A DNA stretch of 45,817 bases from a virus (Duplodnaviria; Caudoviricetes): positions 1 through 45,817 of the IMG/VR virus record IMGVR_UViG_3300044728_000254; one strand, 5' to 3'. The notes beneath the pieces are model-generated. The model was not told where the DNA came from and did not search any database. It saw only the letters and a list, made by a program, of their open reading frames with translations. A program made the translations under genes and the position numbers. Within the stretch, counting starts at the first letter, position 1; each line of letters opens with the position of its first letter. Below are positions 1 through 8,918 of this stretch, one piece after another.

Positions 1-145
1 GGTTGATCGCCTCGCGCTGTTGAAACTCATGCTCCCAGGCGGCGCTCTTGAGCCCCAGGCCGGCACGCATATCGCTTTCCGCCCACTGACCCTGCTGGGC
101 CAGCCCGCCGTATGCACCTTGCCAATGGGGGGCGTCAATTCGCAA
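1..145 (-). CDS. Partial gene running off the left edge; probable N-terminus of an ejection/DNA-pilot protein
   Basis: Open frame from TTG at 145 (GAGG upstream): LRIDAPHWQGAYGGLAQQGQWAESDMRAGLGLKSAAWEHEFQQREAIN; Q/A/G-rich like neighbouring internal virion proteins. Confidence 0.5.
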   Translation of the reverse strand, partial: MRIDAPHWQGAYGGLAQQGQWAESDMRAGLGLKSAAWEHEFQQREAIN

Positions 146-422
146 GTTTGACCCTCAATTCTTCCTGTTCTTGTGGTGTCAACTCCGCTCCGTCTATTCC
201 GATGCCCTCCGCGCTGATGGGCAGCTTCAGATCAAGCTTGTCGGTGGTGCACTTCGCGGCGTGCTGGCGATGGTGAAACCCGCATCGTCGCATGACGTAG
301 TCGACGTAGGCTATGATGTCCTCATGCTCACGCCGTTGACGGACTTCCACGTCGAGCGTATCGAGCCCACAGGCGTGGCAGGTGTAACCGGCTTTCTTCA
401 TAGCAGGAGTGTCAATTCTCAT
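135..422 (-). CDS. Hypothetical small Cys/His-rich (Zn-binding) protein
   Basis: CHAC ... CGFHH...C motifs; overlaps both neighbours; start uncertain (422 or 401). Confidence 0.6.
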   Translation of the reverse strand: MRIDTPAMKKAGYTCHACGLDTLDVEVRQRREHEDIIAYVDYVMRRCGFHHRQHAAKCTTDKLDLKLPISAEGIGIDGAELTPQEQEELRVKLAN

Positions 423-576
423 GGTCGATCTCAAACTCCTCGTGGGCGCATTCCTCGTCTCCGCCGTGCCAGACTTCCTTGTGTGTGCGGTGCAGCTCGG
501 TCTGGTCCTTCCCGGGCGCCGCGAACGCCATCATTTGCGTCTTCGCTCCGCACGGACATTGCACCTGGCACATCAT
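412..576 (-). CDS. Small hypothetical protein (54 aa), not in ORF track
   Basis: MMCQVQCPCGAKTQMMAFAAPGKDQTELHRTHKEVWHGGDEECAHEEFEIDHEN; ATGA overlap with upstream stop; fills the gap exactly. Confidence 0.55.
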   Translation of the reverse strand: MMCQVQCPCGAKTQMMAFAAPGKDQTELHRTHKEVWHGGDEECAHEEFEIDHEN

Positions 577-1655
577 AGGACCATATCCCACAAGCCGGTG
601 CCCAGGCTGGAGAGCACCAGTTGGCTCAGATCCTGGAAGCCAAACTGCGACTCCTTCTCCATGGTCTGCAGGGCCTCATCGCGGAAACGGGACTCGTCGG
701 CCGCCCGCTGCGTGGCGTCGTTGAGGGCCGGCCACACGCTGTAGTCGGTGGGCTCGAAGTCCACCCCGGATTCCAGAGAGGCCAGCGCTCCGGCCAGCTG
801 GTTGCCGGCGTTGACGTAGGCGGTGTCTGCGGCGTTAAACTGCGACGTGGTACCGGCCAGGTCCTTGAGCGCCTGCTCTTTGAGCTGCCGCTCGGCGGCG
901 TCGATCTGTGCCCGCACCTGCATTCCGCCGGTGTCGGCCAGCACGGCGAGGGCGCCGCGATCCTGCCCGGACTGCCCGCTGCCGTAGATCCCACGGCGGG
1001 CCTGGTCGGCCTGCATCATGGCGGAGTTGCGGGCGTAGCTCTGGGCGATGGGTTGCGTGGCCGCGGTCCGCTCGGTGGGGCTGAAGAACTCGTAGCCCGG
1101 CGCCGCCCGTTCCATCATGCCCTGCATGGCCAGGTTGCGTCCGGGATCGTTGGCCCAGGACGTCGCCGCGTCGCCCACCTGCTGCTGCTGGCCGGTGAGC
1201 CAGTCGCGCCCCCGCTGGAGCTGGGCCATTTCATCGTTGCGCGTGTCGTAGGCCGATCGCTCATTGGCGAGCATGGCCGCGCGATAGCCTGGCGTCTGCT
1301 CCTGGTACATGGCGTAGAACGACGCCGGATCGCGGATGTACTCGGGGAAGTTCACGTCCGCCCAGCTTCCGGCAGTGGGGTTCCACACCTGGCCGCTTTG
1401 ATTGAATCGGTGGCCGGGGGTGTCGAGGATGTTGGTCCAGTCGCTGCCGAAGGCCGGAGTCGGCGGGGCGATGGGGTTGTGCAGGACCTGGGATTCGGGA
1501 TAGCCGCCCGAGCCGCTGACGTTTCCCAAGGCGCTTTGGTTGTTGCGGTTAAAGAGACCGCCGCCGCCCCATCCGGCCAGGGGTCCGAAGCGGGCCCGCT
1601 GGGTGGTGGAACCCTTGGTGGCCGTTCCTCCTCCGCCCCAATCCGACCAGGACAT
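573..1655 (-). CDS. Internal virion / DNA ejection protein
   Basis: 360 aa, G/Q/A-rich helical, ARRGIYGSG motif typical of podovirus injected proteins; AAGGAG RBS; downstream of tail nozzle gene. Confidence 0.65.
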   Translation of the reverse strand: MSWSDWGGGGTATKGSTTQRARFGPLAGWGGGGLFNRNNQSALGNVSGSGGYPESQVLHNPIAPPTPAFGSDWTNILDTPGHRFNQSGQVWNPTAGSWADVNFPEYIRDPASFYAMYQEQTPGYRAAMLANERSAYDTRNDEMAQLQRGRDWLTGQQQQVGDAATSWANDPGRNLAMQGMMERAAPGYEFFSPTERTAATQPIAQSYARNSAMMQADQARRGIYGSGQSGQDRGALAVLADTGGMQVRAQIDAAERQLKEQALKDLAGTTSQFNAADTAYVNAGNQLAGALASLESGVDFEPTDYSVWPALNDATQRAADESRFRDEALQTMEKESQFGFQDLSQLVLSSLGTGLWDMVL

Positions 1656-1694
1656 GGTTGCACTCCTTCGCAGGGTCTACCGTACTGTAGCCGA

Positions 1695-1886
1695 TCAGCC
1701 GCCAGTCACCAAGAACAGCGGAAATTCACTGGAGGCGCCTTCTGGCGGTCCGCCGGCCACGCCGCCTTCGGGTAGTTCCGGCTCGATCGGCAGATCGAAC
1801 TCCCCGCCGCCTATCCCGCCGCTCAGTCCGCCCAGGCCCACGCGAGCCGCCGGCGGGTGCAATCCTCCAAATCCACTGTTGAGCAT
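1695..1886 (-). CDS. Small Gly/Pro-rich hypothetical protein
   Basis: 63 aa; GAGGAG RBS; fills gap in operon. Confidence 0.5.
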   Translation of the reverse strand: MLNSGFGGLHPPAARVGLGGLSGGIGGGEFDLPIEPELPEGGVAGGPPEGASSEFPLFLVTGG

Positions 1887-1889
1887 GGT

Positions 1890-2363
1890 TCACTCCTCAA
1901 AAACAAACTTCGCCTTCAGCGGCTGCAGGATGGCTCCGATGTTGCGCAGGGCCCAGCGGGTCGAGGAATCCAGGATCAGCTTTCCGTCGACGGTCGGAGG
2001 GGTCCAGCGCAGGCGGGCCTGCTGGTGCAGGCTGATCGGGTAATAGACCGTGTTGGTACCCGGTTCCACCGAGCACGTGATGTGCACGGTCGCGGAAATC
2101 GATCCGGCGAAGGCTGGCACCTGCTTGAGGATGCTTGCCGAATCGTCGATGTCGTAGGTTCCGTCCGCGCTCTGCAGGACCAGGGCCAGCTCCATGGCCG
2201 CGGCCGCCGGCGTGGCCCCCAGCCCCTCCAGCTCGATGGCGTGCAGGACGGTCCGCCGATTCGCCGCCGTGCGAATCTGCCAGAGGGACTTGGGATTGGC
2301 CGCCGGGGTGATGGTGGCCAAGTTGTGATGCAAAAGAACACCAGCCATGAAGACTCCTTTCAT
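1890..2363 (-). CDS. Putative virion structural protein
   Basis: 157 aa beta-rich, ends VFEE; in structural operon; AAGGAG before the second Met. Confidence 0.6.
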   Translation of the reverse strand: MKGVFMAGVLLHHNLATITPAANPKSLWQIRTAANRRTVLHAIELEGLGATPAAAAMELALVLQSADGTYDIDDSASILKQVPAFAGSISATVHITCSVEPGTNTVYYPISLHQQARLRWTPPTVDGKLILDSSTRWALRNIGAILQPLKAKFVFEE

Positions 2364-4351
2364 TGACCGACAGGCTCGGCGTCCAAGCCGAAACCCACGA
2401 TGCTGAAGTTGGGATGCCAGCGGGAATCGCCGCTTTGCGGATTCCGCAACAGGACGGTGATATCGGAGCCCACCTCGGCCACCTTGTGGTGGGCGGTGGG
2501 TCCGGTCATGAGATCGATCACCTTGTACTCGTCGACGTTCCGCGGGGACGTGCGGAAGCCTACCTCGATCTGCCGCTGCAGGACGCCGGCGGGCAGGGAG
2601 TTGCTCAGGAACCAGCGCACCCAGTAGAAGTGGCCGTCCAGCCCTTCCTTGAGGATCACGCGGCCGCCCTGGTAGGCGAAGGCGGGCATGGGCAGGGTAT
2701 GGTCGCGGTCGCGGAGGGTGAGTACGCGAAAGGGGTTTGTCCCCACGACCAGGGCCAGCCCGGTGGGCTGCAGCTCGGCTTCGCCGCCGCCCGGCTCGGG
2801 CGGGTCCGCCGGCGTGCGCGTCCCCACCACCTGCAGGATGCAGGAGGGGTTGTCCGCCGGATCATCGGGCGAGATGGTGGTCCAGGCTCCGCCCTCCACG
2901 CCGTAGTGGCAGCACAACACCTTGGTCCGTTGATTGTCGATGCTCAGGTTCACCATGTAGAGCAGCTGTCGCTCGGGATCGAGGCCGTAGGTCACGGCCT
3001 GGTTGCGGCCCCAGGTCTGGTCGCCGACGAACTCCCGCCAGGTGGGATCGATCAGCCCGGAGACCTTGGTTTCGGAGAGTCCGTCGAAGGTGTAGAAGCC
3101 GTCAGCGCCGTTCCACCCCACCCGCGACGAGCCCAGGGGGATGATGCCGTTGCCGCCGGCGTTGTTGGCGCAGCCCACCACCACTTTCGTGCGGTAGAAA
3201 TCGTGGCCGGAGGGCAGGAGGGCGGCGCCGGTCGCTACGGTCTCGTTGGTCGCTCCGACGATGGCGCCGGAGAGGATCCACGCGCTGCGTTCCTTGCCCA
3301 CGACCAGTTGCCCGGCCTGCTCCTGCAGGCCGGTGACATTGCCGTCGTCGTCGGCCAGGAGAAAATCGTCGGGGTGCACATGGGCCGGCTGGTTGATCGC
3401 TGAATAGCGCAGCAGAGCCGGGTTGCGAAGATCGTTGTAGTACATCCGCGACTTGTAGAAGTAGGCCACGCTGGCGTACTCCGGGATGCCGTTGCGCGTC
3501 GGGGCGAAGGGTCCGGTGATCTCGCTCCCGGGGACGAGAAAGTCGTAGTCCTGCGGGAAGGGGCTGCCGATGGGAAACTCGAACCAGAAGACGAAGCCGG
3601 TCTGCCCGGCGGTGACGTTGCGGACGTAGGCCCGCACGTGGGTGATGTGCCGGCCGGTGGGGGTGGCTCCCCAGACGATGCGCAGACGGGGCCGACTGAC
3701 CCCGTCGAGCGTGGTGAAATTGTCGGTGAAGACGGCGTTGGACTCCGCCCCGGAATCGGCGTCGTAGTAGGAAAACCCAAACTGGTATTCGGTCAGCTCC
3801 TGCAGGCTGATGGGGCGGGCGGGCAGATCCTTCACCTGCCACAGGATCTGGCCCTGGACCGGCGGCGGAAAGCCGGTATCGATCTGCGCGTCGGTCGCGG
3901 TGGGCGTCAGGGTGGTGGTGGGCGGGGGGATGCCCACCTGGTGCATGATCAGGTCGCCGCCGATGCGGAGCACGCGCAGGCCGTCGACGTAGTACAGGGC
4001 CTGGTCGCCGAAGGCGAACGTCCCCTGCCGCTCCTGCAGTCCGGAGAGTCCGCCCACCGACAGATTGCAATACAGCATGTTGCCCACGTGCACGACGTTG
4101 GCGGCCAGGCGGGCGGCGGATAATCGCGGCGGGTACCAGTCGACGCCGGCGTAGACCTTGCCCGGCGGATAACCGGCGAATCGGGTGTCCTCCACCAGAG
4201 GCGGGCGCACCTGGATGGTCCCGTTGTCCACCAGGACGTTGTCCGCGCGGACCGCATGGCGACGGGAGATCTCCCGCGGCTGGTGCACGGTGTCGAGCCC
4301 CAGGAAGGGGCCCATCACTTTGATGGGACTGGATCGTTCCCTTTCCGCCAT
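2360..4351 (-). CDS. Tail nozzle / stabilisation protein (P22 gp10- or T7 gp12-like beta-propeller)
   Basis: 663 aa; N-terminal PFLGLDT...ADNVLVDNG, LLRYSAINQP, GFYTFDG...VSGLIDPTW motifs; follows adaptor gene. Confidence 0.7.
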   Translation of the reverse strand: MAERERSSPIKVMGPFLGLDTVHQPREISRRHAVRADNVLVDNGTIQVRPPLVEDTRFAGYPPGKVYAGVDWYPPRLSAARLAANVVHVGNMLYCNLSVGGLSGLQERQGTFAFGDQALYYVDGLRVLRIGGDLIMHQVGIPPPTTTLTPTATDAQIDTGFPPPVQGQILWQVKDLPARPISLQELTEYQFGFSYYDADSGAESNAVFTDNFTTLDGVSRPRLRIVWGATPTGRHITHVRAYVRNVTAGQTGFVFWFEFPIGSPFPQDYDFLVPGSEITGPFAPTRNGIPEYASVAYFYKSRMYYNDLRNPALLRYSAINQPAHVHPDDFLLADDDGNVTGLQEQAGQLVVGKERSAWILSGAIVGATNETVATGAALLPSGHDFYRTKVVVGCANNAGGNGIIPLGSSRVGWNGADGFYTFDGLSETKVSGLIDPTWREFVGDQTWGRNQAVTYGLDPERQLLYMVNLSIDNQRTKVLCCHYGVEGGAWTTISPDDPADNPSCILQVVGTRTPADPPEPGGGEAELQPTGLALVVGTNPFRVLTLRDRDHTLPMPAFAYQGGRVILKEGLDGHFYWVRWFLSNSLPAGVLQRQIEVGFRTSPRNVDEYKVIDLMTGPTAHHKVAEVGSDITVLLRNPQSGDSRWHPNFSIVGFGLDAEPVGQ

Positions 4352-5046
4352 TAGAACCTCTGGGATACGTGGGCCTGCAGGCTGGACAGCTCGGCCATCA
4401 TCATGGCCTCGGCCCGGGCGTACTCGATGAGCACCTGCTCGTTCATGCGGTTCTCGCTGCCCTTGGCCAGCATCGCCGCCCGCATGGCGATGATGTGATG
4501 GAAGTCGGGGGGCACCATGAGGGGGTACTGCCCGTCAGTGGTGAGATCCTCAATCGAAGGAATGTAGGAGACTTCGATCACCTGGTCCCTGGGGGCCAGG
4601 GCCTCGAAGCCCAGCACCCACTCGCCGGCGGAGCTGCGGTAGCAGTAAACGCCTTCTCCCACGGAGGAGTTTTCCAGGGCCGGATAGTAGGGGCCGCTCG
4701 AACTGGATTCGGTCGCAGGGCGAAGGGTGAGCCGGGTCCGTCCCAGGTTGCTGGCGATTGCGGAGACAGCCGTGATGCTCTCCACCCGGTGGAACAGGAC
4801 CGGGCGGCGGACCGCCATATCGTCGTCGAAGACGTATTCCCGGGCGGCGCTGGTGACGGCGAAGGCGATCCGCGTGCGCGAGAGGTTCCACAGCCGCCCC
4901 GCCGACTCGACCACGCTGACCACGATGGGGTAGGCGATGCCAATCAGGCTATCCAGGTAGGGGTTGTCGAACTTGGTCTTCTTGGGATCGTCCAGCCAGA
5001 AGGCTGTCTCGGTCCGCAGTTGATCCAGGGTTTTGGCCATAACCAT
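4351..5046 (-). CDS. Head-tail adaptor protein
   Basis: N-terminal TLDQLRTET..WLDD and C-terminal P.VPPDFHHII motifs typical of podovirus adaptors; position. Confidence 0.7.
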   Translation of the reverse strand: MVMAKTLDQLRTETAFWLDDPKKTKFDNPYLDSLIGIAYPIVVSVVESAGRLWNLSRTRIAFAVTSAAREYVFDDDMAVRRPVLFHRVESITAVSAIASNLGRTRLTLRPATESSSSGPYYPALENSSVGEGVYCYRSSAGEWVLGFEALAPRDQVIEVSYIPSIEDLTTDGQYPLMVPPDFHHIIAMRAAMLAKGSENRMNEQVLIEYARAEAMMMAELSSLQAHVSQRF

Positions 5047-5067
5047 CTCCCGCCGGCGGTCGGAGAC

Positions 5068-5099
5068 GGGGGCGGGGCCATGAGAAAACCCCGCCCCCC
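5068..5099. terminator. Intergenic GC-rich hairpin (terminator/processing element)
   Basis: GGGGGCGGGG-11 nt-CCCCGCCCCC stem between two structural genes; no strong U tail. Confidence 0.4.
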
Positions 5100-5123
5100 C
5101 GACCCTCCAGCTTCCTCACCTTC

Positions 5124-6053
5124 CTAGGTCGCCGCTACGCCGCAGAGCACGCCGGTCAAGCCGGCCGCATCGGTCGCGTAGTTTTCGTACAACCGCCAGA
5201 TCGCCGAGCCCAGGGTGATGGCCACGGTGACCGCGACCACCGCGCTGGCCAGGGTGATGTAGTTGTTGTAGATCATCCCCGAAGCAGCCACGGCCCCGCA
5301 GATGATGCCGATGTTGACGGCGTTGCTGTTGTCGAGCCGGTTGTTTCCGATGGCCAGATCCAGGGCCGCCGCGTCGACTTTGATGACGGCGCCCGAGTAA
5401 TTGCCAATAAGCATGCAATCGTGGATGCCCACCTCGATCGCCGCCCCGGTGATGTTGATGCAGCTGGTCGCCCCGGCAGTGAGCTGCTTGGCGATCAGGC
5501 CGCGTATCTTCACCCGGAAGCCGCCCACAGTGATGACGATGCCGGTCACCGACTGGAAGGAGGCGCTGTCCTCCAGGCGGCAATCGATCAGCTCCACACC
5601 GGCCCCGCTGATTTCCACCAGCTTGGTGATGGCGTCGAGGGCCGAGAAGATCAGCATATTGTACATGCGGACACGGGCGCCGCTGATACTCAGGTAGGCC
5701 CCGATCGCCCCGCCGATGCTGATGGTCGGCCGCTTACTGCTATGGCCCATGCCGATGATGGTCAGGTCGGCCTTGTTGATGTCCAGGCCGGCCGCGGTCG
5801 TGATCACCTCCGCATGCCCGGGGCCCACGATGATGACGTCGCCGGCGGCGGCCAGGGCCACCGCCCGGGCGATGGTCTTGAGCGGGGCGTCGGCGCTCGT
5901 GCCGGAGTTGTTGAGATCCACGCTCCGGGTGTGCACGCTCTGCACATAGAGCACGTTCTGCCAGGGATGAAAGACAAAAGCCTGGTTGTTCAGGGCGGCC
6001 GCGAGTTTGGGGCCTCCCTTGTTCACCATGGCGGCGCTGATTCCACTTCCCAT
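5124..6053 (-). CDS. Virion protein with pectin-lyase-like right-handed beta-helix
   Basis: APLKTIARAV...AGDVIIVGPGH.E...DLTIIGMG motif; AAGGAG RBS. Confidence 0.7.
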   Translation of the reverse strand: MGSGISAAMVNKGGPKLAAALNNQAFVFHPWQNVLYVQSVHTRSVDLNNSGTSADAPLKTIARAVALAAAGDVIIVGPGHAEVITTAAGLDINKADLTIIGMGHSSKRPTISIGGAIGAYLSISGARVRMYNMLIFSALDAITKLVEISGAGVELIDCRLEDSASFQSVTGIVITVGGFRVKIRGLIAKQLTAGATSCINITGAAIEVGIHDCMLIGNYSGAVIKVDAAALDLAIGNNRLDNSNAVNIGIICGAVAASGMIYNNYITLASAVVAVTVAITLGSAIWRLYENYATDAAGLTGVLCGVAAT

Positions 6054-6090
6054 TGCACACTACTCCTTTTTGGTAACTAGGTAAGAAGGA

Positions 6091-6124
6091 GGATGGGGCG
6101 GGCTCTCTTGGCTCCGCCCCGTCC
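6091..6124 (-). terminator. Putative intrinsic terminator after capsid/decoration genes
   Basis: GGACGGGGCGG...CCGCCCCATCC stem on minus strand followed by pyrimidine tract TCCTTCTT. Confidence 0.45.
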
Positions 6125-6149
6125 GTCCCGGCTGAAACGAAAAACCGCC

Positions 6150-6749
6150 TTACGTCGACTGACGGCCGGTGTCGTTGGTGATCTTGCGATGGCCGCGGAA
6201 CTGGACCGCGATGAGCATCAGCTCGTCGGCGGCGGCGTCGCCGCGGCTGGTCAGGGTCACGGCGTACATGGTCAGAATGTCGGCGGTCATTTCGCCGGCT
6301 ACCTGCAGGGCGGCCCACTCCGTCGCCTTCACCAGGTTGGGGGTCGCCGTCGTCGTCGCATTGACGAAGGTGGCGGTTCCATCCGGAGTCGCCTTCGCGT
6401 CGCCGACCGCTTCGCCCACGGCCAGCCCCTTCATGTCGATGGTCCAGCTGATGCTCCCATCGATGGCCGCGGCTGTGTCGATGTAGATCAGCCGGGCGTG
6501 GATATCCTGGGCCAGGTCGAAGTCGGCGGCGTTGAAATCCACTATGTCATAGACTTCGTCGGCGGTATCCATGGACAAGCCGTTCAGCTCGGCGGCGGCC
6601 ACCAGCTCGGCAATCTGGCCGCCGGGGGCGCCGCCCAGGGAGACGCCGTTGGCCCCCAGGCCGGTCATGTTCACGGCCTGGCGGGTGAGCAACGCGTATT
6701 TGAGGTTCAGGCCGCTGTCGTCATGGCCCGCACCGGGAGGATTTGGCAT
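6150..6749 (-). CDS. Putative capsid decoration/cement protein
   Basis: 199 aa beta-rich, directly after major capsid gene; AAAGGA RBS. Confidence 0.6.
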   Translation of the reverse strand: MPNPPGAGHDDSGLNLKYALLTRQAVNMTGLGANGVSLGGAPGGQIAELVAAAELNGLSMDTADEVYDIVDFNAADFDLAQDIHARLIYIDTAAAIDGSISWTIDMKGLAVGEAVGDAKATPDGTATFVNATTTATPNLVKATEWAALQVAGEMTADILTMYAVTLTSRGDAAADELMLIAVQFRGHRKITNDTGRQST

Positions 6750-6770
6750 AAAACACGTCCTTTCTTAGCA

Positions 6771-6799
6771 AATTATCGAATTGTCGTGATTCGATAATT
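6771..6799. repeat. AT-rich perfect inverted repeat
   Basis: AATTATCGAAT-tgtcgtg-ATTCGATAATT (11-bp arms). Confidence 0.8.
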
Positions 6800-6822
6800 C
6801 GTGGTTTCAGGTCATCCCAGGG

Positions 6823-8067
6823 TTACACCGTCACCGGCGTCGTATCGAGATCCTTGATCACCGCCTGGGTGTTGGGGGCGTCGCACACCGGCTGCAGGTA
6901 CCGGAACCAGGCCGCCTCGTAGGCGTCCTCACCGGGCACGCGGGACAAAATGGCCCCGTCCTCGTCCATCCACGAGCCCTCGTTGCTCTGGAACAGCTCC
7001 CAGTGGCTGGTGTCCAGCAGGTACATCTTGGTGGGGTCGCAGTGCTTATCACGCACGATGGGGATGTCATCGTGCATGATCGCCGTGGCCCAGCCGTTGA
7101 GCTTCTTGGTGTTGTTCTCAATCCGGCGGGCGGAGACCAGGTCGGCCATGAGCTGTCGGTGCACCTCGTAGCCGCAGATGGCCAGGTTTACTTCGCCGTT
7201 GGAATAGCGCGACACCTGGTCCACCGCTTCGGAGATGAGCGGGAAGCTGATCCTTCGCGGTGCGCCGCTGGCCAGGACGTTGCCCTGCCAGAACTCCTTG
7301 CCGGCCACGGTGCGGTCGATGCCTCCGTAGTTGCCCACGGCGGGATTGCCCGTGTCGATCACCGCATCGAGCCCCAGCACCGCGTCGTTGTACGAGCCGT
7401 TCTCGTACATCAGGTAGGTGGTCGGGGCGGCGTTGACCCCGACTCCGGTGCCGTCCGCAAACTGCGATCCGCCTGACATGGTGATGGTCTTGGTGGAGAC
7501 ATTCACGCTGACCGTCGCCCCGCGGACGCCAAAGCCCACATTGCCATTGGCTGAGAGCAGGACGTCGTAGCGGGCTCCGTCGTCGATGCCACGCACGTCG
7601 TCCACCGTGAACGTGGTGGCCGAGGGCGCCGTGACGATCGCGGCCACCTTGCCGCTGCCGTTGCCGAACATGTGGAAGTTGAGCATGTGCCGCAGCTGCT
7701 TGACCAGGTTGAGGGTCTCCAGGTCATAGACCCGGGCTTCCGCGGCGGTGGGCACGTTGCTGGTCGAATTCATCATCGAGCCGGGGATGCGGATGCGTCC
7801 ATACATCCGCGTGTAGTTGAAGTTGGCTCGATCGACCTTCTGGTAATCGCTGTTGGGCAGGTGCCCCGCGGAGCTGAATCCCCGGCCTCCCGATTTCCCC
7901 TTGTGCAGGGAGATCGAGATCTGGGAACCTTCCGCGAAATTCGAGGTGGTGTTGCGGGTGAGGTACTGCAGCAAAATCGACTGCAGGTTGAACATCAACC
8001 GCATTTTTGGGCGGTACACTGTGCGTAACAGTGCCGCCTGGGTGGTCCGACTGGCTTCGACGGCCAT
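6823..8067 (-). CDS. Major capsid protein (HK97 fold)
   Basis: 414 aa; YGGIDRT...FWQGN, IPIVRDKHCDPTKMYLLDT, DAYEA motifs; AAAGGAG RBS; follows scaffold and portal. Confidence 0.9.
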   Translation of the reverse strand: MAVEASRTTQAALLRTVYRPKMRLMFNLQSILLQYLTRNTTSNFAEGSQISISLHKGKSGGRGFSSAGHLPNSDYQKVDRANFNYTRMYGRIRIPGSMMNSTSNVPTAAEARVYDLETLNLVKQLRHMLNFHMFGNGSGKVAAIVTAPSATTFTVDDVRGIDDGARYDVLLSANGNVGFGVRGATVSVNVSTKTITMSGGSQFADGTGVGVNAAPTTYLMYENGSYNDAVLGLDAVIDTGNPAVGNYGGIDRTVAGKEFWQGNVLASGAPRRISFPLISEAVDQVSRYSNGEVNLAICGYEVHRQLMADLVSARRIENNTKKLNGWATAIMHDDIPIVRDKHCDPTKMYLLDTSHWELFQSNEGSWMDEDGAILSRVPGEDAYEAAWFRYLQPVCDAPNTQAVIKDLDTTPVTV

Positions 8068-8200
8068 AGGCGCGCTCCTTTATGAGGCGTCGTCTGGCCG
8101 CCAGGGGTTGATCCCTTTGGGCCCGGGCTCCCGCCAGAGCGGAAACCCGGGCCCTCAGACGGTTGTTGCACCAACCGTAGGGGGTTTTCCAAAGTAGGGT

Positions 8201-8860
8201 CTACACTTTTTTCCCGCGTTCCTTCTTGAGGAACTTCTGGGCCTTCTGTGAATAGCGGGCGTTCAACTCCGCGTCGGTTATGGCGAAGGCCTTCTCATCT
8301 CCTGTCCCGCACAGGGATCCGTCGAAGTCCTCCTCATCGCTCTCGTGGGCCGGCGGGGCCGATCGTCCGCCCCCCTTGCCCGAGTCGACCGCGGCGTCTT
8401 CCTTCTCCAGGCGTTTCTCCGCTTTGGTCTGCTGCTCGCTCTTGCCGGAGCCCTTGCCGCGCCGCTCGCACTCCGCCTTGGTGGCCTCGGCCAGCTTGGC
8501 CTTGGTCTCGTCGTAGCTCCATTTGGCGTAGTCCGGGTTCTTGGCCACCGTCTCGGCCGCCGTGGCCTGGATCTGCTTGAGGTCGGTGGCGTCGAATCCT
8601 TCGAAGCTGTCCACCACCCCCTTGACCGTCTCGGTGAACTCCCGGCGGCGGTTGGCCCCTTCGACCAGCAGCTCCGCCTGTTTCTGCTGCATGGGGGTCA
8701 GGGGGGTGTTGGGATCCACCGCCTGGGATTTGGCGCTGCTGCTGGCCATGGCCCGCTTGACCGCCTCCCCGGGGGCCAGTCCCGAGTTGCGCATCTGCTG
8801 CACGGCGTCGCGCTCCTGCGGGGTCAGTTCGTCATCATTGAGGGTTTCTTCGTCGCTCAT
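8201..8860 (-). CDS. Capsid scaffolding protein
   Basis: Charged helical 219 aa between portal and MCP; start moved to MSDEETL (AAGGAG RBS) from ORF-track 9046. Confidence 0.7.
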   Translation of the reverse strand: MSDEETLNDDELTPQERDAVQQMRNSGLAPGEAVKRAMASSSAKSQAVDPNTPLTPMQQKQAELLVEGANRRREFTETVKGVVDSFEGFDATDLKQIQATAAETVAKNPDYAKWSYDETKAKLAEATKAECERRGKGSGKSEQQTKAEKRLEKEDAAVDSGKGGGRSAPPAHESDEEDFDGSLCGTGDEKAFAITDAELNARYSQKAQKFLKKERGKKV

Positions 8861-8918
8861 GATTTCCTGCTCCTTTTCTTGAGACACTTCCGTTTGGTGA
8901 TCGCCGCCTTGGGAATCT

